Assembly (NCBI GenBank): GCA_043821445.1
Contig: JBDRCT010000005.1
Span: 2,593-66,592 of the forward strand
Length of the DNA stretch: 64,000 nt
Direction of reading: 5' to 3'
Source of the DNA: Candidatus Omnitrophota bacterium
GTDB lineage: Bacteria; Omnitrophota; Omnitrophia; Omnitrophales; Aquincolibacteriaceae
Part shown: one piece after another, positions 1-7,441 of the stretch
How the letters are laid out: each line of letters begins with the position of its first letter
Numbering within the stretch: position 1 is the stretch's first letter
Translations under genes and position numbers: made by a program
The notes under the pieces: model-generated
Databases searched by the model: none
What the model was told of the DNA's origin: nothing
The model's input: only the letters and a program-made list of their open reading frames with translations

Positions 1-1277
1 TTGTAGCGGGCACCGTAAAGGTCCATCAGAGACTGCATCACTTCCCGTTCGAGACCGGAGCGCGCAGCCGCGGCCTCGGCGGTCTCCGTGATCGCCCCGC
101 TGCCGTAGACCGTAAATTCTTCTTTTTCATAGATCTTGTGGATACGGTTCATGCAATCCTCGGCCACTTTTCTGTAGGTCGTGTACTTGCCCCCTACCAC
201 GAAAAGAACACCGGACTTCGAATCATGGAAAAGATGCTTTCGCGAGACCTTGCGCGCGGAACCACCCTTACGGATAAGCGGCCTCAAGCCCGCGAACGTT
301 GCGAGGATCTTCGTGGGGGTGAAATCAAGTGCGGGAAAAACGCGCTTGGATTCGCGTATGAGGTAATCCATATCCTCCTTCCCGACTGTCACGGCGTCAG
401 GACTCGAGATGTAATCCGTGTCTGTCGTGCCGATCAGGGAATTCTCCATCCAGGGGATCACGAAAAAAATACGCCGGTCGCTTTGAGACCCGATCAGGAC
501 GGCGTGTTTTGAGATCTCGCCTTTGTACACGATATGGATCCCTTTGGTCGTACGGACTTTTTTCCGGGCGCCCGGAATATCGAGACGCAGGAGCTCATTC
601 GTCCAGGGCCCAGCCGCACAAATGACCCGCTTCGCGCGCACCTCGAATTCTTGGATCCCTAACATGTCATGTGCCCTGACGCCCGCGACCCGGCCATTCT
701 CTTTCATGAAGGAAACTGCCTTTACATAATTCGCGACGTGCGCGCCGTAGTGGACAGCCATCAGAACGTTCTCAAGACAGAGCCGCGCGTCGTCCATCTG
801 CGCGTCATAATAAAGCACTCCTCCTTTCAAACCTCTTTGTTCAATGCCGGGTTCAAGGCGGATCACTTCTTCGCGCGTGAGATTTTTTCGGGACTTCACC
901 CGATAACGCCCGGCCAGGAGGTCATAGAGAAAAACGCCAAACTGCATCATCCAAAGCGGGCGTTTGTCGCCTTCATAGACCGGGATCACGAACGGCAAGG
1001 GCTTTACCAGATGCGGCGCGGTCGTAAGCTGGATATGGCGTTCTTTCAGGGACTCGTAGACAAGGTCCACTTCGAGATTTTCAAGATAGCGGATGCCGCC
1101 ATGAATGAGTTTGGTCGATTTGCTCGAGGTGCCGCTCGCGAAATCACCTTTTTCGAGCAGGGCTACCTTCATGCCGCGCCTGGCCGCAAGGTGCGCGATC
1201 GCGGCTCCATTGATCCCTCCGCCGATCACGAGAATGTCGTAGGTCGTTCTTCTGAAGCGCTCGATGTCCCGGATCAT
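1..1277 (-). CDS. glpD: FAD-dependent glycerol-3-phosphate dehydrogenase (3' end runs off the window)
   Basis: Absent from the ORF track; translated by hand from the ATG at 1277 (ATGA overlap with the glpK stop): MIRDIERFRRTTYDILVIGGGINGAAIA...LLEKGDFASGTSSKSTKLIHGGIRYLE, the GlpD signature. Confidence 0.93.
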   Translation of the reverse strand, partial: MIRDIERFRRTTYDILVIGGGINGAAIAHLAARRGMKVALLEKGDFASGTSSKSTKLIHGGIRYLENLEVDLVYESLKERHIQLTTAPHLVKPLPFVIPVYEGDKRPLWMMQFGVFLYDLLAGRYRVKSRKNLTREEVIRLEPGIEQRGLKGGVLYYDAQMDDARLCLENVLMAVHYGAHVANYVKAVSFMKENGRVAGVRAHDMLGIQEFEVRAKRVICAAGPWTNELLRLDIPGARKKVRTTKGIHIVYKGEISKHAVLIGSQSDRRIFFVIPWMENSLIGTTDTDYISSPDAVTVGKEDMDYLIRESKRVFPALDFTPTKILATFAGLRPLIRKGGSARKVSRKHLFHDSKSGVLFVVGGKYTTYRKVAEDCMNRIHKIYEKEEFTVYGSGAITETAEAAAARSGLEREVMQSLMDLYGARY

Positions 1278-2773
1278 GGGAGCATGGCTTTTTGAACGGC
1301 TTTGAGCCATCCCTGGTAAAGCCGCGCGCGGTCACGACCCTTCATATGCGGGGTAAAGATCCGGTCGATCCGGTGTTGTCTTTTGAGGTCATGGCTTTTT
1401 TCCCAAAGTCCTATGGTGACACCTGCCAGATGAGCCACGCCCCGGGCCGTGAGCTCGATCACTTTGGGCCGGAGGATCTTTGCATTCAGGATATCGGCCT
1501 GGAATTGCATCAGAAGATCGTTCTTGCAAGCGCCCCCGTCGACTTTTAATTCATGGATCGGACGGCCGAACGCCTTTTGCATGATATCGAAAACATCCTT
1601 GCTCTGATAAGCGATCGATTCGAGACACGCCCGGATCAAATGGGGCGTCGTGGTCCCGCGAGTGATCCCCGCAATGAGGCCGCGCGCCTCGCTTTTCCAA
1701 TAAGGCGCTCCAAGCCCGACGAACGCCGGCACCACATAAACCCCGTCCGTATCCCGGAGACCCCGGATCGCCTTTTCAGTTTCCGCCGAGCTCTTGATGA
1801 CCTTAAGACCGTCCCGAAGCCACTGAATGACCGCGCCCCCGATGAACACGGCGCCTTCGAGCGCGTAAACGGGGCGACCTTTAAAATCACTTGCGAGCGT
1901 GGTGAGAAGCCCCGCTTTCGAATAGACAAGTTCTTTGCCGGTGTTCAGCACGATGAAACAACCCGTGCCATAGGTATTTTTGACGGTACCGGCTTCATAA
2001 CAGCCTTGACCGTAAAGCGCGGCCTGCTGGTCCCCCATGACTCCCGCGATCGGGATACCGGCCGGAAGCCCGGCAACATTCTGTGTAGTTCCGAAGATCG
2101 ATCCGGAAAACTGAAGCCTCGGCAAAACCTTGCTGGGAACGCCGAAGATCCTGAGAAGTTCCGGGTCCCATTTTTTTGTTTTAATGTTGAGAAGCAGCGT
2201 GCGGGAGGCATTCGTAAGATCGGTCACGTGGGAACGTCCGCCCGTGAGTTTCCAGACGAGCCAACTGTCGATCGTCCCAAACGCGATCTTCCCCCGGGCA
2301 GCCCTCCGGCGGAGGCCCGAAACATGGTCGAGAAGCCACCGGATCTTGGTGCCGGAAAAATAAGGGTCGAGCACAAGTCCCGTCTTTTGATGGATCTTGG
2401 GCTCGTGTTTCTTGAGCGCGCGGCAGATATCCGAGGTACGGCGGCATTGCCAAACGATGGCGCGATGGACCGGCCTCGAGGTCTCACGGTCCCACATCAC
2501 GGTGGTCTCGCGCTGGTTTGTAATGCCGATGGCAAGGATCTCTCCGGGGGCGATCTTGCTTTTGCGAAGGGTCTCGCCGATCACGGACTCGCAGGAGCGC
2601 CAGATCTCCTGGGCGTCGTGTTCCACCCATCCCGGCTTCGGGAAATATTGTTTGAATTCATGGTAGGCGTTTGCGACGGTCCTGCCCGCCACGTCAAAAA
2701 GAATGGCCCGCGAACCCGTTGTCCCCTGATCGATCGCAAGGATGAATTTTTCCATGTTCATTTTCTCTGTCAT
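1274..2773 (-). CDS. glpK: Glycerol kinase
   Basis: FGGY kinase motifs IDQGTTGSR, GITNQRET, DPYFSGTK, GDQQAAL, KNTYGTGCF, VDGG. The true start may be 2761 or 2755, because the ATG at 2773 lies inside the upstream palindromic element. Confidence 0.97.
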   Translation of the reverse strand: MTEKMNMEKFILAIDQGTTGSRAILFDVAGRTVANAYHEFKQYFPKPGWVEHDAQEIWRSCESVIGETLRKSKIAPGEILAIGITNQRETTVMWDRETSRPVHRAIVWQCRRTSDICRALKKHEPKIHQKTGLVLDPYFSGTKIRWLLDHVSGLRRRAARGKIAFGTIDSWLVWKLTGGRSHVTDLTNASRTLLLNIKTKKWDPELLRIFGVPSKVLPRLQFSGSIFGTTQNVAGLPAGIPIAGVMGDQQAALYGQGCYEAGTVKNTYGTGCFIVLNTGKELVYSKAGLLTTLASDFKGRPVYALEGAVFIGGAVIQWLRDGLKVIKSSAETEKAIRGLRDTDGVYVVPAFVGLGAPYWKSEARGLIAGITRGTTTPHLIRACLESIAYQSKDVFDIMQKAFGRPIHELKVDGGACKNDLLMQFQADILNAKILRPKVIELTARGVAHLAGVTIGLWEKSHDLKRQHRIDRIFTPHMKGRDRARLYQGWLKAVQKAMLP

Positions 2774-2933
2774 CGCGAGGCCGCCGCAGGCGAGCCATGG
2801 CGATCTCGTTTTTAAAAAAGATTGCTTCGTACTTGCTTTCTACTGTTGTATGTTAAAAGACGGCAAGTACAGCACTGGCTTCCAATGTAAAATTTAATGA
2901 AAGCCAGGCGCCGTCTACGCGGCTCGCAATGAC
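2769..2933. mobile_element. MITE/REP-like palindromic element (GTCATCGCGAG...CTCGCAATGAC type), interrupted by two hairpin modules
   Basis: Terminal inverted repeats GTCATCGCGAG and CTCGCAATGAC with internal GCGATCTC...GATTGCTTC, the layout of a widespread bacterial palindromic repeat family. Confidence 0.65.
2829..2909. repeat. Two tandem GYMC-hairpin modules
   Basis: GTACTTGC..GCAAGTAC (2829-2870, 42 bp), linker A, GCACTGGCT..AGCCAGGC (2872-2909). Confidence 0.7.
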
Positions 2934-2936
2934 TGG

Positions 2937-3725
2937 TCATGTTAGATCATCCAGCACTTTGGTCGTCACAATGAAACTCGCGTTCTTGAGGCGAAGGATG
3001 TTCTTGCCTTTCAAAACCCACTGCAGGGTCTTCAGAAATTCCGTACGGTCGGCGATATGGATCAGGGAACCCCGATAGGCCACGCTGATCTGACCGCGTT
3101 CTTCGGAGACCACGAGCGCGATCGCGTCGATTTTTTCCGTGATCCCGATCGCCGCACGGTGGCGCGTGCCGAAGCTCGGCGAAAGATCGGAAAGCGACGC
3201 AAGAGGCAGGATCCCCTTGACGGTCTGCATGCGGCCTTTGTGCACCACCAGCGCGCCGTCATGAACGGGCGACGAGGTTAAAAAAAGCGGTACAAGGATC
3301 TCGGATCTGATCTCCGCATCAAAGGGCATCCCGCCCTTCATGTGCGGACGCAGAGGCTGTTTGCACTGGAGAATGATTAGGGCACCCACTTTGCGCGATG
3401 CCATCCGTTCCATGGCCGACCAGATCTCAAGAAGATAATGCGGAAGTTGGGGTGTTTTCCGGAAAAGATTACCCACCCGCTCGGCAAGCCACAGCGCACC
3501 CGAGATCACTATGTCCGTACAAAGCAGTCCGCCCGCTATCATGAGAAACGCGATCCCGGTCCGGTGTACCACTGAAGCGTCCAGGGAGGGCACGGCAAAA
3601 AAAAGCGCCGCCCAAAGGCAGAAGATCCCCGCTAGATACTTGAGGAGTGACCTCAGCCCGGCGAGTTTGAATGGATAGAAAAAATATCCGAGCGCGACGA
3701 CAACGGCAATGACCGTAATAAGCAT
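2937..3725 (-). CDS. dacA: Membrane-anchored diadenylate cyclase (DAC/DisA_N domain, CdaA-like)
   Basis: Catalytic motifs HDGA and GTRHRAAIG plus VVSEERG; three N-terminal hydrophobic segments. Start moved to the ATG at 3725, which follows AGGGGAG. Confidence 0.9.
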   Translation of the reverse strand: MLITVIAVVVALGYFFYPFKLAGLRSLLKYLAGIFCLWAALFFAVPSLDASVVHRTGIAFLMIAGGLLCTDIVISGALWLAERVGNLFRKTPQLPHYLLEIWSAMERMASRKVGALIILQCKQPLRPHMKGGMPFDAEIRSEILVPLFLTSSPVHDGALVVHKGRMQTVKGILPLASLSDLSPSFGTRHRAAIGITEKIDAIALVVSEERGQISVAYRGSLIHIADRTEFLKTLQWVLKGKNILRLKNASFIVTTKVLDDLT

Positions 3726-3789
3726 ACTCTCCCCTTTGAAAGCTGATGAAGCCTTGCGTATAGTTACGGCTGTTGGGGATATTAATGAA

Positions 3790-3862
3790 GCGCGGCACAA
3801 CGCGCAAAGCGCAACGCACAACGCTGACAGGTTTGTTGTGCGTTGAGCGTAAAACGTTGCAC
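3790..3862. repeat. Heptamer-repeat (CGCAACG-like) inverted-repeat hairpin
   Basis: CAACGCACAAC pairs with GTTGTGCGTTG inside degenerate 7-mer repeats; a similar element is at 41482-41541. Confidence 0.6.
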
Positions 3863-3867
3863 AATGT

Positions 3868-4812
3868 TTAGGCGGTTTTACGGACGATGAGTTTGGGAAG
3901 GTACCGTTTTGAAACAGGCCCGGAGGACGGACGTTCGATCTGCCGGATCAGGATATCCACGGCATCTTTTCCCATTTGGACGAGCGGCTGACGAACGGTC
4001 GTAAGCGGAGGCGAGGAACTCTTCGCGCATTCGTTGTCGTCGAACCCGACGACCGCCATGTCCTGGGGCACGCGTTTACCGGTTTCTTTGAGAGCTTTTA
4101 ATGCTCCGAACGCAAGGTCATCGTTCCCACACACGATCGCACCGGGCAAATTCTTTTCCCGCAGCCACCTTTTCATCATGCGATAGCCTTCCGCCTCGTT
4201 GTTGGCCGCTCCCGAACGGAGCCAGGTGGGGTCGCGCAGGATATGCTGGGTCTTAAGCGCCCGGATGAACCCGCGCACCTTGAGCTGGGTATCGACAAAA
4301 GACACTTTGACCTTCCTTTGCCCCGCCCTGAACGGAACTTCCCACGGCCCGTGCAGCATCCCGATCTTCCGGCGACTCTTTTTCACAAGGTGGGCTACCG
4401 CCTGTGCCATGCCCGCATTCGTGTCGATAGAGACGCTATTCACTCGAAGACCGGGAACCGGATCATTCACAACAAGCACCCGTGTGTGGCGGGAAGTTTC
4501 GATCAATTGTGCGATCTTGGGATGGATCCATCGCCAAGTCAAGATCATAAGCCCGTCCAGTCGATGTTCCTTGAGGATCTGATCCAGACTCCCGTAGGGC
4601 CTGGCGGGCATCATGACGATCTTAAGGCGGCCCTTCACCGTCTTGATCCGGGACAAGATCCCGGAAAGAAGCCCAAGGTGATAGCTTGAGTGGAAGATTT
4701 CTTTGGCGGGAGTGGTCAGAACGCCAAAGGTTCTGCGGTATTTTTGAAAGGAAGATCCCGCGGTATGTCGCGCCCGGGACCCCGAAGCTTTATCGGTTGC
4801 CCGGATTTTCAA
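3868..4812 (-). CDS. LacI/GalR-type ligand-binding domain protein lacking the N-terminal HTH
   Basis: C-terminal LacI motifs AIVCGNDDLAFG, VPQDMAVVGFDD, PPLTTVRQP, LIVRKT; only about 27 residues precede the sensor domain. Confidence 0.8.
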   Translation of the reverse strand: MKIRATDKASGSRARHTAGSSFQKYRRTFGVLTTPAKEIFHSSYHLGLLSGILSRIKTVKGRLKIVMMPARPYGSLDQILKEHRLDGLMILTWRWIHPKIAQLIETSRHTRVLVVNDPVPGLRVNSVSIDTNAGMAQAVAHLVKKSRRKIGMLHGPWEVPFRAGQRKVKVSFVDTQLKVRGFIRALKTQHILRDPTWLRSGAANNEAEGYRMMKRWLREKNLPGAIVCGNDDLAFGALKALKETGKRVPQDMAVVGFDDNECAKSSSPPLTTVRQPLVQMGKDAVDILIRQIERPSSGPVSKRYLPKLIVRKTA

Positions 4813-5126
4813 GCACCGGCCTCGGCAACCTCGACGGAAAGGGCTTTCCAGGCGTCAGTCGGCTCGTCGTACTGGGCTTCGATCGTGACAATATCGTTCT
4901 CGCGGATATCTTTGAGGGACATGACACCCGAAAAAACGGTAACTCCGTCGACCAAGATCTCTTTCTTCTCTTCGATATCCGTGATCGGATCGATCTCGCT
5001 GATCGTGATCGTCTGGGCTTTAGCGTCGATCTTCTGGACCTCTCCGTCGAACCACTCCGCACAAAGGGTCACGGAAAACGAAAACGCCAGAATAAAAAAA
5101 AGGGCAAGGATCTTGAAAGTTTTCAT
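4809..5126 (-). CDS. Small exported beta-rich protein (probable OB fold)
   Basis: Signal peptide, GEVQKIDAKAQTITI...LKDIRENDIVTI pattern; ATGA overlap with the next gene. Confidence 0.65.
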   Translation of the reverse strand: MKTFKILALFFILAFSFSVTLCAEWFDGEVQKIDAKAQTITISEIDPITDIEEKKEILVDGVTVFSGVMSLKDIRENDIVTIEAQYDEPTDAWKALSVEVAEAGA

Positions 5127-5138
5127 GTTCTCTTTCCT

Positions 5139-5217
5139 GTACTGCGTTATATATTGATCTTATGGGTTCGCAGTGCTGGTACCGTTAACCCGTAAATAAA
5201 AAATGAAAAACGGTACC
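5139..5217. repeat. Two tandem GYMC-hairpin modules
   Basis: GTACTGCG..CGCAGTGC (5139-5176) and (G)GTACCGTT..AACGGTAC(C) (5178-5217), both with AT-rich loops. Confidence 0.65.
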
Positions 5218-5275
5218 TGAGAGCATTACGTTCGATGAATGGCAAAACCACGAAGATAGGATACTCAAAAAGAGG

Positions 5276-7003
5276 CTAACCGACAATCAATAAATGGCAC
5301 TCTTTGCGAAGGTTATGGGCCAGCGTTCGCAACACGTCGCCGCGCAAAAGACTGATCAGAGCGCTGCGCTTCGTGGCGCCGATCGCGACGGTTTTGACGT
5401 CGAGTTCCTGGGCCGCGCGCGCGATCAATCGGCCGGGGTTTTCCCCTACCTGCCAGATCGGGACCGCCGTAATGCCGAGTTCTTCCATCTTCTCCTGAGC
5501 TTTTCCGAGCACCTCCACGGATTCCCGCGACGGTTCCATTTCGGTCGGAAGCTCGGGCGATGGGGGTGTCTCCTCCACATAGCCCAGATAAACCGAATTC
5601 TCACCCATCGCCTTCACATGGAGGGCGGCCTCTTCAAGCAGTACCGGGTTAAAAGACTTCATGGCCACAAATGCAGAACTTTTATAAAGCGATGTGAGTT
5701 CTTTGGCTTCGGCCACCGTGAGCAAGTTGACGGTTGAAGCTAGCTCCGGCATCGTCACCGGCGCGATCATCTTGGCCGCATAACGGAGAGCAAGACCCAC
5801 TCCCAAAATGGTCAAGACGAAGAAAAGCGCGTTTTGTTTTTGGATCGCGATCGTTAGCTCGATAAAAATCGTGATCAACGCACCCGTGAACAAAAGAATA
5901 CGTTCCCAAAGTTTTAACCGGATCGAAAAATTTGTAGCGCTGGTCGCAAGATTCATGGCGATGGCCCCGACCACGCCGATCGCATAGAGTGCCGCCAAGT
6001 GAACGATATCTTTCTCCGCTAGGAGCACAATGATCGGCGCCAAGGTCGCTACAATCAGCGCAAGCCACGGCATGCCGAACCGGTTGAGTTTTGCAAAAAC
6101 CGGAGGCAATTCACGATCTTTCGCCATCGCGAACTGAATACTCACAAGACCAGTGATCGCCGTGTTCCCGGCGGAAAGAAGCAGAAAACCGAAAGCGATC
6201 GATATTACATTCCCATACCAGGGGCCAATGTAATAGTTGCCTAAAGCGCGGAGCATATCTTCAATGTGGTTTTGCAAGCCGGGAACAGCGTTCATCGCGA
6301 CCCCTAGGAGGAACGTTAGCACCGCCACTTCGATCAGAACGGGCATAATCGCGCGGCGGGCGGTCCTTTTTACGGGCTCCACCATGATTCCCGTCATGTT
6401 CGCAATCACTTCCACGCCTGAAAGCGCAAGCACGATCCCGACAAAAACCGACCAATTCTTCATAAGGCCGCTGGCGGGCAAAACCAGTTGCACATGAGGG
6501 AGATGAGGAATCGTAAAAAGAAAGAGAATGACAGCGGTCAAAGAAGCGAAGACCGCGATCACGGCCGCGACATTACCACCCTTCCCGGGGCCAACCCAAT
6601 TCATGGCACCAATCACGAGGATCGCCCCGACAGCCCAAAGCTCCGGATACGGTACGTTAAAATAATAGAAGGCTGCTAGCACACTTATGGAGACGGTCAC
6701 GGTGTAATTCGCGATAAGAAGAAAAGCCCCGATCACGGCCAGCGTTTGGGATCGTTGCTTCACCGAGGAATAAACTCCTCCGCCGTCTGGATAAATGCGG
6801 CAGACGACCATGTAACAGATCCCGATCAGGATCATGAAGAGGGACATGAGCCCGAGGAAAAACCACGAGGCGTGGCCGGCAAGGGCGAAGGCGATCCCGA
6901 GAACGTAGGCCTTCGAAGTGCCCCAATCGCCATAGAGCATGGCGCCGGCGTGATACCACTTGAGTTCGCGGGGTCTTTCGACCCGTTTGATCATAACTGC
7001 CAT
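5276..7003 (-). CDS. APC-superfamily transporter with C-terminal USP-like domain (KimA/YdaO-like K+ transporter)
   Basis: About 12 TM segments, YGDWGTSKAY, YPDGGGVYS, LSGVEVIAN motifs; soluble C-terminal USP-like domain (IARAAQELDVKTVAIG...CHLLIV). Confidence 0.8.
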   Translation of the reverse strand: MAVMIKRVERPRELKWYHAGAMLYGDWGTSKAYVLGIAFALAGHASWFFLGLMSLFMILIGICYMVVCRIYPDGGGVYSSVKQRSQTLAVIGAFLLIANYTVTVSISVLAAFYYFNVPYPELWAVGAILVIGAMNWVGPGKGGNVAAVIAVFASLTAVILFLFTIPHLPHVQLVLPASGLMKNWSVFVGIVLALSGVEVIANMTGIMVEPVKRTARRAIMPVLIEVAVLTFLLGVAMNAVPGLQNHIEDMLRALGNYYIGPWYGNVISIAFGFLLLSAGNTAITGLVSIQFAMAKDRELPPVFAKLNRFGMPWLALIVATLAPIIVLLAEKDIVHLAALYAIGVVGAIAMNLATSATNFSIRLKLWERILLFTGALITIFIELTIAIQKQNALFFVLTILGVGLALRYAAKMIAPVTMPELASTVNLLTVAEAKELTSLYKSSAFVAMKSFNPVLLEEAALHVKAMGENSVYLGYVEETPPSPELPTEMEPSRESVEVLGKAQEKMEELGITAVPIWQVGENPGRLIARAAQELDVKTVAIGATKRSALISLLRGDVLRTLAHNLRKECHLLIVG

Positions 7004-7117
7004 AAGAAGTCCTAATATAGCAGAAGCGGGCAGACAATCAATAGAGGACTGCCTCCTTCTCTATGCCGCTTTCCCATGAGCGCCTGATTTTCTATTAAAG
7101 AATGAATCGAGAAATCA

Positions 7118-7248
7118 GTCCCAATACTTATCAATTTTTGCAAAGCGGAAATTGGGGCAGTCCAAGTCATCATCATTGAAAATAAAACAAAGACTTGGGC
7201 AGTGCAGTCCTGATGGACCCTCCTGGAAATGAATGGCATCATCAGGGT
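7118..7248 (+). repeat. Three tandem GYMC-hairpin modules (types A, B, C)
   Basis: GTCCCAAT..ATTGGGGC (7118-7158, 41 bp), A, GTCCAAGTC..GACTTGGGC (7160-7200, 41 bp), AGTGCA, GTCCTGAT..ATCAGGGT (7207-7248, 42 bp). Confidence 0.85.
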
Positions 7249-7365
7249 GTTTAAATTTGGGTGGAATTTTTCTGGCGTTCCGCTATCATAAGTGCCCATT
7301 CGGCATCATTCAGCATATAAAGCCTTTAAGAACCTTATTTAATATCAACAACAAAAGATGATTAT

Positions 7366-7422
7366 TAGCTTGGGCAATGCGTTTTTGGGTCATTCCACCG
7401 AAGATCTGCAAGACTTGAGTTA
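7366..7422 (+). promoter_or_regulatory. Candidate structured 5' leader of hppA (possible Na+/DUF1646-class riboswitch)
   Basis: Nested pairings TAGCTTGGG/CTTGAGTTA, GTTTTTG/CAAGAC and GGGTC/GATCT, ending about 12 nt before the GGAGA SD. Class assignment is from recall and gene context only. Confidence 0.35.
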
Positions 7423-7441
7423 TTAATTCAGCCGGAGACAT

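Noticed and set aside
138-2815. Plus-strand ORFs 138..512, 669..1295 and 1553..2815
   Set aside because: Antisense shadows of glpD and glpK with no recognisable motifs.
7009-7049. Extra 41-bp module GTCCT..AGGAC next to the KimA-like start
   Set aside because: Right length but only 5 clean base pairs and a loop that is not AT-rich; may be chance, so not counted.
7118-7248. Hairpin-module arrays as CRISPR or TIGR arrays
   Set aside because: Only 2-3 units per locus, no identical repeat, complementarity lies within each unit, and no cas or Nop-domain gene is in the window.
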